Source of the DNA: Chiloscyllium plagiosum
Lineage: Eukaryota
Direction: 5' to 3'
Assembly (NCBI RefSeq): GCF_004010195.1
Contig: NC_057728.1
Coordinates: 53,011,723 to 53,075,722, forward strand
DNA length: 64,000 bases
The position numbers and the translations under genes are program-made. Numbering within the stretch: position 1 is the first letter of the stretch; each line of letters starts with the position of its first letter. This document shows, in pieces, positions 26,315 through 38,560 of the stretch. The notes below the pieces were generated by a model. The model made no database searches and was not told the DNA's origin. It saw only the letters and a list, made by a program, of their open reading frames with translations.

Positions 26315-26740
26315 AACAGATGTATATAGGAAATAGGAGCTGGACTAGGTTATTTGGTTGTTTGAGTCTTGTCCACTAATCAACAAGGCGATGGGTGGCT
26401 TTCCAGCTCAATATCAATTTCCTTCAATATTTTTATATTTTGTAATTCACCTAGTACCCAGAAATCTATCAAACTCAGCCCTGAGTGCATTCAGCAACTG
26501 AGCATCCACAGTTTTCTGGGTGACAAAATGCTGAAGATTCCCAATTCTTTAAGTGAAGAAATGTATCCTCATCTCAGTCCCAAACAGCCGAGCCCTCTTC
26601 ATAAGGCTATGTCTCCTTGTTCTAAGTGTCCCAGTCTCAGGAAGTATTTTCTGAGCATCCACCCAGTCGAGTCCCTTAAGCGTTTTATTTGTTTCAATGA
26701 CATCAGCTCTTATTTTTCGAAGGCTCAGGGAATATAGGTC
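26315..26740 (-). mobile_element. CR1 LINE 3' remnant
   Basis: ATAGGAAATAGGAGCTGGACTAGG..AGTGAAGAAATGTATCCTCATCTCAGTCC; similar remnants at 22.6-22.86, 23.65, 24.35 and 25.76 kb. Confidence 0.65.
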
Positions 26741-27199
26741 ATAAGTGTTAAAGTCAGGCCTTCAAAGAGGTGTTTGGAGAGTTTGACAACCTCAGCTGTG
26801 TTTAATGAGGCAGATTTGCAACACAACATCAAACCACACCAGCTGCTGGATTGGTTTTGGCATTAACCTGACTGAAGCACAAACTGCTGATTACAGACAC
26901 TGTCACACATCGCTGGAAATTCTTGTAAGTGGCATCACATATCCTGTTTTTCTGAGGTGATAGATTGAGCACAATCTTATTGGTGCGTTGAAAGGGGTTT
27001 TATTTCACCAACAGCTGTTTACAGATAGTTAGCATTCAATACCAGAACTTATAAATTCACACTTTGTATTTAGTAAAAAAAGTAAAAAATTCAAAGGCTC
27101 AAAGAAAGAACTTGCTCTTATATAGCACCTTTCATGACACCCAAAATGATCTACAGGCAATGAGGTAGTTTTTGAAATGTAGTCATACATAAACTGTCC

Positions 27200-27990
27200 A
27201 TATCCAAATGCAGCTAAACCTAGTCAATACCATTTGGGCTACACAAGTGGCAGGTATTAATCATTTCTAAATTGAAAGAATCTAACCATCACCCCTTGAC
27301 AATTCATCATTTCAACATATTGGGGTTTACAATTGACTAGAAACTGAACTGAACTAGCCATACAATTACAGTAGCCACAAAAGCAATTCAATGACTAGGA
27401 ATCCTGCACCGAGGCAATCACCTCATGACTCCCCAAAGCCTGTCCACCATTTACAAGGCACAAGTCAGGAGTGTGATGGAATACTCCCCACATGCCTGGA
27501 TGGGTGCAGCTCCAACAATACTCAAGACGCTTGATACCATCCAAGACAAAGATACCCCCTTGATGGGCATCACATCCACAAACATTCTCTCCCTCCACCA
27601 ATCAACACTTAATTGCAGCAGTGTGTACTATCTACAAGAATCATTGCAGAAATTCATCAATAGTCCTTAGATAGCACCTTTCAAGCCCACAACCTTCACC
27701 ATCTAGAAGGACAAGGGGAGAAGATACATGGAAAAACCAGTACCTGCAAGTTGCTCTCTCCAAACCACTCTGCAGCCTGACCTGGAAATATATTGCTGTT
27801 GCTTCAGTATTGCTGGGTCAAAATCCTCGAATTCCCTTCCCAATGACATCGTGGTTTCTATTTACATCTAATGGTCTGGAACGGTTCAAGAAGGCAGCAG
27901 AAAACCAATTTCTCAAGGTCAACTAAGTTTCCGCAATAAATGCTGGCCCCACCAGCAACTCCTACATCTCATGAATGAATAAAAAAATTA
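27200..27990 (+). mobile_element. Second CR1-group LINE (family B; Crack/Zenon-like ORF2 C-terminus) 3' end
   Basis: ORF 27425-27670 LSTIYKAQVRSVMEYSPHAWMGAAPTILKTLDTIQDK; tail AATAAATGCTGGCCC..CATGAATGAATAAAAAAA. Confidence 0.85.
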
Positions 27991-28470
27991 AATAATTTGC
28001 ATTTATATAGCATCTTTTATGACAGCCAACGTGGTCTACAAGCAATGAGATACCTTTCGAAGCGAAATCGCTATTAAAACATTATCAGTATGAAAAAAGA
28101 ATTTTTCACAGCAAGACTCCACCATCAGCAACATGATAACAACTGGATCATCTTTTTTCTCTGTGAAAAGGGATCACTCTTTGTTGGTTTGAACTGAAAA
28201 TCGAGCCATGTTACCTTTTACATCCATCTGGCAGGTCATATTGATCTATATTTTATCAAAACCACAATTCTCTCTCAACCTGGCTGTTACCTAATCCTGA
28301 CAGTCCTCACCTCCACTCCGTTAACTCTATGTATGTAGACTTGATCCAACATGGTAGATAATTGGTTCATCCATTCAGCGATGGGAAGCACCTTCGGATT
28401 CTGATTCCATGTGCCAAAACTGCCCAAGGTCATTGTGGAGTGCAAAATATTAATAGTCCTAACCCTTTCG

Positions 28471-29368
28471 CATGTTGAAAAGCTTTTTGTCTTGCACTCA
28501 TCTTGCACTCATCAGAATGATTTGCAAGAAATACGAATGTAAAGAGAAAACATTTATACCGTATTAGAAGAGAGTGCGGATGGTTGGCAAGTGGGTTCTG
28601 ATTGGTAGAGGCAGTGCCATGGAGAATGCACCAGTTAGATGATGTATGACAGTTAACTGCTGACGTTTGTTTACATTTTAAACTAGGCAGTTTAACTGAT
28701 TGTTAAGACACTGCCCTGAAAATGAACCAGGAATGGCTGTTGTAATGATTGTAACAAGGTCAGCCAGTTGGAACTATAAAATATGACTTCCCAGATTGGG
28801 ACTATTAATCTGGTCCAATCAGGGAGATATGACTGACATAGAAGGATGAATGTCAGGAATGGTGGGACACCTAAATGGCTGACTCAGTGAGAGGCAGTAC
28901 TATTGTCAAAGGCTATGCATTTGTAAATAAAGAGTGATTGATGAAGAGATGCCAGACTCTTCAGAGTTATTTCAGCTGTCACCTGGTTTATTGAGTTGAA
29001 ACAGGTGTACTGTGTGAAGATGTTCCCTCTGTTTGCAAAGACCAGGGCCCTGTGTAGTTTCTAATTCATACAAGTGAAACTGACTGAAAACTCTAAATTC
29101 GTCCTGAGCGTGCTTAGGATTCTGCTAACAACCAATCTAAGATTATCAGTCAGGCTCAGAGTGTGATGCACTCATTTGCATTAATATTCATAAATTAATA
29201 CACAGTGCCCTGTATTTTGCAGACAACAGCCAATTGTCAAAAGATCAGTACTCTTTTGTCATACAGCATAAAAAAAGTTGTTTACCTTTTATATTAAAAT
29301 TGCTTGCAAATTTCTCTGATGAGTGTAAGATGAATACCTTTGATAAAAAACAGCCTTTTTTAGCGATA
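28471..29368. mobile_element. PLE-derived element (family 4) with inverted termini and degenerate hammerhead motifs
   Basis: Arm 28471-28582 is inverted relative to 29244-29350; CTGATGAGTG(C/T)AAGA motif on both arms (minus near 28515, plus at 29316); 11-bp tandem TCTTGCACTCA. Confidence 0.6.
28741..28974 (+). mobile_element. Gypsy-type solo LTR (234 bp), same family as the LTR at 14755-14984
   Basis: TGTAATGA...GAGTTATTTCA termini; 5-bp TSD GCTGT at 28736-28740 and 28975-28979; AATAAA near 28926. Confidence 0.88.
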
Positions 29369-29689
29369 AGCAAATCATTAAGTTAACTCCTGGCATCCTT
29401 CCTCCAAATTGTTTCTAAAAATCCCTCTTCCTCTTAGAACTTGGACGATCTCAGAATACTGGAGCCTAGTTTTTATAAACTTAGAAGCTTTTGCATTGCA
29501 CCCTTTGTACATGGTTAACCTTAAATAAGTTCTCTTTCACACTGCTTCTATGAGGAGTGCAGGTGCTTTCCTACAACCTGAATACAATTAATGCCCAGTT
29601 GATAGTCATTTAACTCTCCTTGGTCTCCTCCATCATCGCCTCCAAAAATAAGTGTAGGGAACTCCTGACTTCTTTGTCAGTAAGGTAAA

Positions 29690-29884
29690 AAATTACATGA
29701 CACCAGGTTATCATCCAACAGGGTTTATTTGAAATCACAAGCTTTTGGAGCGGTGCTCCTTCTTCACTTGATGACAGGGCTATGGTTCAAAAGCTTGTGA
29801 TTTCAAATAAACCTGTTGGATTACAACCTAATGTTGTGTGACTTCTGAACTTGTCCAATCCAGTCTAACACCAGCACCTCCACA
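29690..29884. mobile_element. Palindromic PLE-derived insertion (family 3)
   Basis: 19-bp TSD TCTTTGTCAGTAAGGTAAA at 29671-29689 and 29885-29903; arms CCAACAGGGTTTATTTGAAATCACAAGCTTTTG / CAAAAGCTTGTGATTTCAAATAAACCTGTTGG. Confidence 0.85.
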
Positions 29885-30029
29885 TCTTTGTCAGTAAGGT
29901 AAAGACTATCTGATCAGCTGCATCCCCCCCTTCTCTAAACTACTTGGACAAATTTTCTCTTAGGTTCTGCCCTGCCCTTATACGTTTGTTTTAATTTGTG
30001 CCATGGCCACACTGACCACCTCTTGTTCA

Positions 30030-30760
30030 TGTGATCCACCTCCTGAACTTTGATCTTATTCCTTATAAACTGTTGATCACTCAACTTAGCTTCCTGGCTC
30101 CCACAGTAGCTAACATTTTTAAATTACTTGCTCTCAGCAGCTCATCGAAATTGATCCTTGGTGCCTTCCTTTCATGCAAAGTGAAGTCCCATCTCCAACC
30201 TCCTCAATATCTCCAATGTCCTTAGGCAAAGACAACTAGCAAGAATAGAGGGATGTAGAGAGATGTTGGTGAGGTGCGAGGATGAAACGTTAAGGGCAGC
30301 AGACAGTTTGGGGGCAAGGAATGAAGGCAAGGCAGCTGACTCCCACCGCCATCTTCCTGTACATCTCCAAAGTCCTTGATGTGCTAACAACTCCCAACAT
30401 TATTTGTATATTTCTTGGAATTCTGTGTTTGGATCCTTCCATTCAGATTTGGACCACTGCCACTGTCTTGAAACCTTTTTTATAAAAACTCAAATTCACT
30501 AATAAGATCCTATGCGACTGTGACAAAAGGTAAACCTTCCCTCTTTGCCCTTTTCAAACTCACTGTGAACTTTGACCTGGTTGACCACTCCATCCTCCCT
30601 ATTATTAGCCGGCTGGGTGGGATTGCTGTCTCCCAGTTCCATTTTTTTTCCAACATTGCCAGAGAATCAAAGGTTTCCCTTCCTGCCTGCTGAACTGACT
30701 GCTGCCCTTTAAGGACAACCCTCCTATTTCTCATCGATGCGCTGTCCTTGGCAAGATCAA
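30030..30760 (+). mobile_element. L2-clade reverse transcriptase remnant, highly degenerate
   Basis: GACTGTGACAAAAGGTAAAC..TTTGACCTGGTTGACCACTCCATCCTCC, about DCDK..FDLVDHSIL (RT motif D-x-S-x-AFD-x-V-x-H). Confidence 0.5.
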
Positions 30761-32299
30761 AACCTTGGAGCGGCAAAGTGAGCAAAGATCAAGGTCCATC
30801 AAGTTCACCTTCTCCTGTCCTTGCAGTTAGATGACAGGATGATGGAGTTGTTCAATAATCATGACAATCAATCTCAATCAATTAAACACTGACAGAAGGC
30901 AAAGAACCCCCAGTGGTGGAGAGCATTGAGAGACATAGGTCCGCAGAAATCTGTTCCTCCTGAACTATGCTTCACTTAACGCACATCATATTACAAATGA
31001 CTCATATGCTCTAATCCCACAATGTTATTTTCTGAAAGAAATCTTTCTAATTTGCATTTGAATGGATCAATAGTAACTGCTTCCAGCATCTCCTGAGGGA
31101 GTCTGGTCCACAGCTTCCCTGCTCCCTAACTGGTTCTGCAGATTAGTTTTGAATTTGAGCATAGGCAGTGCCAAAATATATTTTGAGAGTTTTCATTATT
31201 GAAAGTGTTTCTCGCAAAGATGCTACTTATCTCTTTGTCCTTGTGTGTTGTTCACTTCAAGGCATTGGGGTTAATGAGAATTCTGACTCATAGAAGGTGC
31301 TATATTTAAATCTGTTACAATTACTGCATAATATGGATGGATGTGGGCACGGGACAAGTTTTAATGGAAAGAACTGTTGTGGTTGTAGTTTCTGTCTGTA
31401 ACTTTAATGTTGCTTTATGTATTTTTGTTATTTTTTAATTAAATGGTTTAGCCTCAGAACAGAAACAAAAACGTTTTCTGGATATCACAGTATAAGCAAG
31501 GGACTTGGAATAATTGGATAGCTTTTTCAAAGAGATGGCACAGATATGAGGGGCCAAGTGGCCTCTTTTCACACTCTTAACTTTCAATGATTGCGTGAGA
31601 ATATAGCAATGAGGTAGATGGCCTGCAGTGATCTCATATGGTGCAGTAAGCTTGAGAGGCTGAATGGCCTACTCCTGATTCTATGTTCTTAAGATTCCAG
31701 CAATTTTGTGCTGGGGCCTGTAACAGGCATAATCTGAGATAGAGGCATGAGGATAGTGCAGGAAGTTGGATGAACCTTCCTTTGGTGTTGATTCTAGAAA
31801 CTCTGTAAGAAGCAGGTGGACATAAAGCTCAACTAAACCTCCCCTGCGTCCATCCACACCCCACAGCATGTCCCCTTGAAAACATTTTTCCATTACTATG
31901 TTGCTTTTGCAGAAAGGAGTGATGAGAGTTCGAGGCCACCTCAGGCAAATCTTACTCACTCCGAACAATCAATGCTGATAAATAAGAAATTTTCATCAAA
32001 CTAACTGGTGTTTGGGAACTGGCTGAAAAAATGAACCATGAACTGAAAAAAAATTTGAATAATTACCTGAAGACAAACAATTTACAGACTCAAGAGAATA
32101 AATAAAGGAGAGGGACCAGCAGAGTTGTTCTTACAGAGGGCCAGCACAGACACAATTGGCTGAATGATCTCATTCTGTGCTCTAACTGTTCTACAATTAC
32201 AATGCTTGGCAAATTTCTTTGTGTCTATCATCAGGCCTGAACAGCCCCGACAACAAAAGAAGAAAATACATTTTAAATCAAATCTAACTCTCAGTCTTT

Positions 32300-32885
32300 T
32301 TGTTCATTCGGGAAGTGTGCGGATCACTGATTAGGCCAATATTTTTTGCCCATCCCTAAATACTCTGGTGAAGGTGGAGATGAACTGCCTTCTTGAAATG
32401 CTGTAGTTCTTTGGTTGCAGATAGACTCACAATGCTGTTTCAAAAGGAGTTCCAGGATTTTGACCTGGTGACATTGAATGAACAGCAGTGTATTTCAAAA
32501 TCAGGCTATGAGTGCTTTGGTGAAGAAATTTCAGGTGGTGATATTGCCATGTATCTGTTGCCCTTGTTCTCTGGATGGTAGATGTTGCAGGCTTGGAAGG
32601 TGCTGTCAAAGGAGCCTTGGTGAACTGCTGCAGTGCATCTTGTAGGTTGTACCATTGCTGCCACTGAAGGAGTGGATGTCGATGGATAAGGTGCCAATCA
32701 AATGGGTTGTTCTGCCCTGGATAGTGTTCAGCTTCTTGAGTGTTGTTGGAGTTGCACTCATCCAGGCAAGCGAGGAGTAGTCCATCTTGATCCTGAGTTG
32801 TGACTTGTAAATGATGGACAGGCTTTGGGAAATCAGGAAGTGAATTACTTGCCCAATTCTCAGCCACTGATTTGCCCTTGTAGAC
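32300..32885 (-). mobile_element. CR1-group LINE family B 3' end
   Basis: ORF 32606-32959 QSLSIIYKSQLRIKMDYSSLAWMSATPTTLKKLNTIQ. Confidence 0.82.
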
Positions 32886-33857
32886 AGAGTACATATCCAA
32901 ACAAAGGCAATAACACCACAGATGCTGGAAATCTGAAACAAACGCAAAGAGAGAAACAAAGTTAATGTTTTCAGTCCAGCTTGATTCTTTTGCAGAGGTT
33001 TTTACAAGGAGCATTCACTAATTCACACGTGATCTCTGTAAGACACATCATCACTCAAGGATAAATACATTCCCAGGGATTCAAAATTTTATGTTGTACC
33101 ACATTTGCCCCTTCCCACAGGAAAGTGAAAAATCATACAGTTCATGAGAATGTGTGGGTTCTACTGAAGGTTCCTCCCAAACATTCGCACAGCAACCATG
33201 CTGCTGAGAGACCTTCAACAGGAAAATGCAAAAATAATATGCATTGTGAAATACCAAGTAGCTTTTGATCACTGCAGGCCATCTACCTCATTGCTATATT
33301 CTCACGCAATCATTGAAAGTTAAGAGTGTGAAAAGAGGCCACTTGGCCTCTCATATCTGTGCCATCTCTTTGAAAAAGCTATCCAATTATTCCAAGTGCC
33401 CCTGAATTCTCAGCCACTGATTTGCCCTTGTAGACAGAGTACATATCCAAACAAAGGCAATAACACCACAGATGCCGGAAATCTGAAACAAACGCAGAGA
33501 ATGCTGGAGAAACTCAATAAGTCTGCTGCATTTGCAAAGAGAGAAACAAAGTTAATGTTTTCAGTCCAGCTTGATTCTTTTGCAGAGGTTTTTACAAGGA
33601 GCATTCACTAATTCACACGTGATCTCTGTAAGACACATCATCACTCAAGGATAAATACATTCCCAGGGATTCAAAATTTTATGTTGTACCACATTTGCCC
33701 CTTCCCACAGGAAAGTGAAAAATCATACAGTTCATGAGAATGTGTGGGTTCTACTGAAGGTTCCTCCCAAACATTCGCACAGCAACCATGCTGCTGAGAG
33801 ACCTTCAACAGGAAAATGCAAAAATAATATGCATTGTGAAATACCAAGTAGCTTTTG
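32855..33857. repeat. Near-identical tandem duplication (32855-33267 and 33405-33857) separated by an inverted copy of 31503-31633
   Basis: Direct comparison: both copies run AATTCTCAGCCACTG..ATACCAAGTAGCTTTTG; copy 1 lacks 40 bp; the spacer is the reverse complement of 31503-31633. Confidence 0.95.
33445..33586 (-). mobile_element. PLE terminal fragment (family 2), also present with a deletion at 32895-32996
   Basis: CAGATGCCGGAAATCTGAAACAAACGCAGAGAATGCTGGAGAAACTCA..GTTAATGTTTTCAGTCC. Confidence 0.6.
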
Positions 33858-33952
33858 CAAAACTTCAGAAACCAAATTTCCTCTTGCAACTCCAAACTTT
33901 ACCCAAGCATTTAAAGTAACCATTGATGTGATTGACATCAGGGTAAGGGCTG

Positions 33953-34166
33953 GGATAAGATTAGAGTGGTGCTGGAAAAGCACAGCAGGTCAGGCAGCAT
34001 CCGAGGGGCAGGAAAATTGACGTTTTGGACAGGAGCCCTTCATTGGCAGGCTCCTGCCCGAAACATCGATTTTCCTGCTCCTCGAATGCTGCCTGACCTG
34101 CTGTGCTTTTCCAGCACCACTCTAATCTTGACTCTGATCTCCAGCACCCACACTCCTCACTTTCGC
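33953..34166. mobile_element. Palindromic PLE-derived insertion (family 1)
   Basis: 17-bp TSD CATCAGGGTAAGGGCTG at 33936-33952 and 34167-34183; about 80-bp inverted arms starting AAGATTAGAGTGGTGCTGGAAAAGCACAGCAGG. Confidence 0.92.
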
Positions 34167-34764
34167 CATCAGGGTAAGGGCTGTCCTTATTCAGGAAGAT
34201 GAATCAGGAACTGAGAGTCCAAGCAGGTACTTCTCCAAAGAATGAAACAAGTGTCAGAAATGGTAAACTGAATGGAGAAAGAAACCTTTAGTTTATTACT
34301 AGCACTCCAACACTCCGTGATATATGTTCAAAATGGATACAGAGAAGTCACAGTCTATATTGACTACAACCTGCTAATTTTTGGGGATATATTAAAGACC
34401 CAGAAAGCCTGATTATTCCACTAGAATTTGTTCCTTAAACAATATGTCTTAAATTGCTCTAATATTGAATGTGATTGCAAACACCCATCTAGAACTTAAA
34501 GAGACCCAGTTAGAACTGAAAAGATAATATAAACAGAGGATAAGAGAATGAATGTATGTGTGTGTATATATGTTTTATAATACTTTTTCACCCTTTGTGA
34601 TGAAATGAGAAAAGAACTCATTGTATTTGTTCTTCAGAGGAAGTATCTTGATGATCGATCAGAACTGTAATGTATTTATGGACACATTGAATTTTTATTT
34701 TCAACTTGTGTTTTTTTTAGTAAAGGACAGATGTTGCCAAAAGATACCTACAGGTGTAAATTTA

Positions 34765-34809
34765 GTGATCTTCTGGCAGAGTCCTGTGATCTTCTGGCAG
34801 AGTCCTGTG
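34765..34809. repeat. 21-bp tandem duplication
   Basis: GTGATCTTCTGGCAGAGTCCT x2 plus GTG. Confidence 0.9.
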
Positions 34810-35819
34810 TGGATCCATGGAACCTTACATCTGTACAGAGTCAAGGAAACCTCAAAAGAAAGACTAAGGAGGACGTGATCATGAGAGACCGATTACCCAC
34901 CCCCTCCACTGAAAGACATCTCCTGCAGACATGTTTGTTTTTACCCTTCCAGGGATAGCCAAAAAAGAACATAATATCATGTATTCATTGGCTGACTTAC
35001 AATTGTCTGGACTCGTGTGCTGTAATGATCACAGTTCTTTCCAGCCATTAAACGCTCCTGCGCTGCATGTAAATAGGAAAATATTTCTCTCGCTCTGAAT
35101 GCTGCTGGCCAGTCACCATCAAAAATAAATAGAAATGAAGAATTTCAGTCAACTCTTAAAGCCAAGATTCACAAAATCAACTATCCTACTACCAATGTCA
35201 ATGCTATTAGTACCATATATTGTGATGGCCACAATGTTTACAACCTACTCTTCATAAACTGATTTGTACATATTTTATAACCTTTTTCTTCCTTTTGGAC
35301 ACAGTTGTTCTTCCTAATTTGTGTGGATGTGAGTTGCATTATTATTTTATCTCTCATTTAGTCACTAATAAACTCTCTCTAGTTATCTCAACAAAGTCTG
35401 GTTAGGTTGGATCCTTTAAAATCATAAATGTATTTGGACAGTAGAAAGACAACCATGAGGGAGGGATCCTTTTCAAATTAACCTTGCTACAGATGACTGA
35501 GGGATGTCGATGAATAAGGAAGGGGAGCCAGTTCATCGATCCTCCTCTGGGAACTTGAGCTTTTGGGGTTTTGCATCCAGGGACATAATAAACTGGGAAA
35601 CATCCCTCAGGGACTGATCTTTACACAAAGACCCACCCTCAGTGATGACCATTGAAACTGTCCACTCAGACTACATCCTGTTCCTTTTATACCCTCACTA
35701 CCTGCTCTGAGTTGGTGCTCACCATGGAGGAGGACTGATTCATTACTCGGGGTGATGAGTTGTGGAGTAGGGGCGCTGTCAATAGTAAGTGGAATGGGGT
35801 TTCCTTGTTCATAAGTGTC

Positions 35820-36140
35820 TTTTCTCTTGGACAGGGGGATTTCAAGACTCAGGGGCACATTTATAAGATAGTAGGAGAGAGATTTAAAAAAAGACATGGT
35901 GAGCAAATTTATTATACAGAAGGCTGTTCACATGTGGATTGAACTTTTGGAGGAAGTGGTGAATGTGGGCACAATTACCACCTTTAAAAGACATTTGGAG
36001 AAGTACATGAATAGGAAAGGTTTGGAGGGATATGGGCCAGGAGTAGACAGGTGGGACTGGTTTATTTCGGGATTATAGTCAGCATATAGTCAGACCCTGG
36101 TTGGACCGAAGGGTCTGTTTCCATGCTGTATGACACTATG
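35820..36140 (+). mobile_element. CR1/HER1-type LINE 3' end
   Basis: GGAGAGAGATTTAAAAAAAGACATG..TTGGAGGGATATGGGCCAGG..GGACCGAAGGGTCTGTTTCCATGCTGTATGAC. Confidence 0.85.
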
Positions 36141-36949
36141 GTTCTATGTTTGACCTAATGCAATCAGACCTTTGGGATCTAGACTCAATATTGAGCCTAA
36201 GGATGTCCCAAGGTGAAAGGATGAAGCCATGATGGAATTTGAAACCCAGGGTGAGAATTTTCAAATCAAGGCATTGCATGTTAGTGAGCATACTAGATGA
36301 TGGGAATATGGGACTTAGTGTAAGTTTGGATATGGGCAACACGGACATGGCTCTTTTGCACTGACCTTCTGGTGAACTTGACAATTTATTTGTGGCATTT
36401 CATTTGTTGAAAGAATTAAAACCACTATTGAAAAAGCATCGTTTAAAAATCTTGAGCAAACACAGCTGCTTTCAGTTTTTTTTTATTACCTTGCAGAGCA
36501 AACTCCCTATCTGATGGTCTTTTGTTATGTTCTATCAGCTTGTCATATCTCTTCGCCTCTCAGGAGGAAGTGTAGATCTGTAACGCCTGTAATTAAACAG
36601 CCCAATGTAACATTACATTATCTATCAGAGCATGACAGCAAATGGCCATGGAAACAAAGCAAATCTACAGTTGTTCATGAAGTAAGATGTAATTAACAGT
36701 AATAAGCTATATGTTAATTACCCTGCAGTGCTAAACCAAGTTATCAGAGGCTAATTACTTATTGAGCCCAGCATCATTTCTCTTTACAGCAGGATATTTC
36801 ATTAAGTCTGAAATGGTGAAAACATGATCAGCAATTACAGTCATTAGAGTCATACAGCATGGAAACAGACCCTTCGGGCTAACCGGTCCACACTCACCAT
36901 TTTTATTGACCTCTCCAATAAAGAACTTGAATAACAAAGTAACATTTTT

Positions 36950-37660
36950 ACAACACAAATGTTAGACAATGAAAATCTCCAATAAGAGTCAATTGACATT
37001 CAATAGTGTCACCATTGTTGAATTCCCCCACCATCAACATCCTGCAGGTTACTATTAACCAGAAACTCAACTGGACTAAGCCATATAAATAAGGCCAGGA
37101 ATATCACAGTGAGCACCTCACCTCCTGACTCTCCAAAGCTGTCCATTCATCCACACAGCACAAGTCAAGAGTGTGATGGAGTATTCTCCACCTGCCTGGA
37201 TAGCAAGTCTCCAGAAACACTCAAGAAGCTTGATACTATTCAGGTCAAAGCAGCCCACTTGATTGTCATCAGATCCACAACCATTGACTCCCTCCATCAC
37301 TGCTGTCCAGTGCCACGTACCATCAATACGATACACTGTAGAAATTCACCGAGGCTTCTTAGATAGCACCTTGCAAACCCACAACCACTTCCATCAAGAA
37401 GGACAAGGGCATTAGATACATGGGAACACCACCTTTCCAAGCCACACGCTACCTTGAAATAAAGCACCATTCTTTCACTTTCGCTGGATCAAAATCCTAG
37501 TATTCCCTCCCTGATGGCTTTGTGAGTCCGTTCACAGCACATGGACTGTAGCTGTTCAAGAAGGCAGCTCACCAAAAACCTTCTTAAGAGTAATCAGCAC
37601 TGGGGATGAATGTTGACCCAGCCAGTGATGCCCATGTTCCATGAGTGAATTAAAAAAACT
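36950..37660 (+). mobile_element. CR1-group LINE family B 3' end
   Basis: CACAAGTCAAGAGTGTGATGGAGTATTCTCC; TLKKLDTIQVKAAHLI; tail CAGTGATGCCCATGTTCCATGAGTGAATTAAAAAAA. Confidence 0.82.
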
Positions 37661-37998
37661 TAAATCTATGCTTTGTGTTGTCACACAATCTGTCAAAACC
37701 TTGATCATTTGTTATCTAGTTGTGCACGTTCAACTTGCACCACAGAGATATGGATAAAGGAAATGCATCACTATCTACGACTGCATATTGTCACATGACT
37801 ATTCCTAAACATGGTGGAGAGAGCTGGGTAATTCCTCTTCAATCCCACTTGGCCATTATGCTCTCTTCTTCATCCGGAGTCTCAGTGGTCAGAACCAATG
37901 TTGATCTTTAAACAATCATCAATCCGTAATACAAATCAGCTTCATTGTGTAAGATCTTCTTCATCGATATCGATGATCGGTAACTTTGGTGTAGAGGG

Positions 37999-38560
37999 TA
38001 CAATTTCAAATTAGCAGATGACACCAAGCATAGAGGTATTTCTGAAGTGTGAGGGGGCAAGTTATAAGGACCTTGGGTACATAGACATTTGCCATCATGG
38101 ATGGACAAGTGACTGTTGAAATTTAGTGCCAAAAAGTATAAGGATTTTGAGTAGACAGAGGAATGAGGGTGGAGTTAATATAAAAGAAAAGAGATGGTTT
38201 GAAAGAAGGTGCAGGAGCAGAGATGCATGACATGTACATGAATCATTGAAGGTGATAGCATAGGATGAGAATGAGATTAATAAAGCAATCCAGGTTGTTG
38301 GCTTTATAAACGGGGCACAAAACACAAAAATACGGAAGTTATAATGAAGCTGTATTTTCTCAAGTTCAACTGGATTATTATCCCTAGTCTCGGTACCATA
38401 CTTTAGGAAGAACATGAAGGCATTAGAATGCAGAAAACAATTTGTGAGAATGGTTTCAGAGTTGAGAGACTTCAGTTATATGGAGAGATTGGAGAAATTG
38501 GGATTTTCTCCTTAATTTGAAAGGATTGATAGTATTCAAAATCATGAAAGGTCTGTACAG
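37999..38560 (+). mobile_element. CR1 LINE RT remnant
   Basis: AAATTAGCAGATGACACCAAG (KLADDTK, RT motif) and WMDK*LLKFSAKK resembling WQMxFNxxKC. Confidence 0.7.

Noticed and set aside
33953-34166. DNA-transposon MITE interpretation of the palindromes
   Set aside because: Arms are asymmetric, TSD length varies (7-19 bp) and the sequence matches the pLTR of the GIY-YIG retroelement
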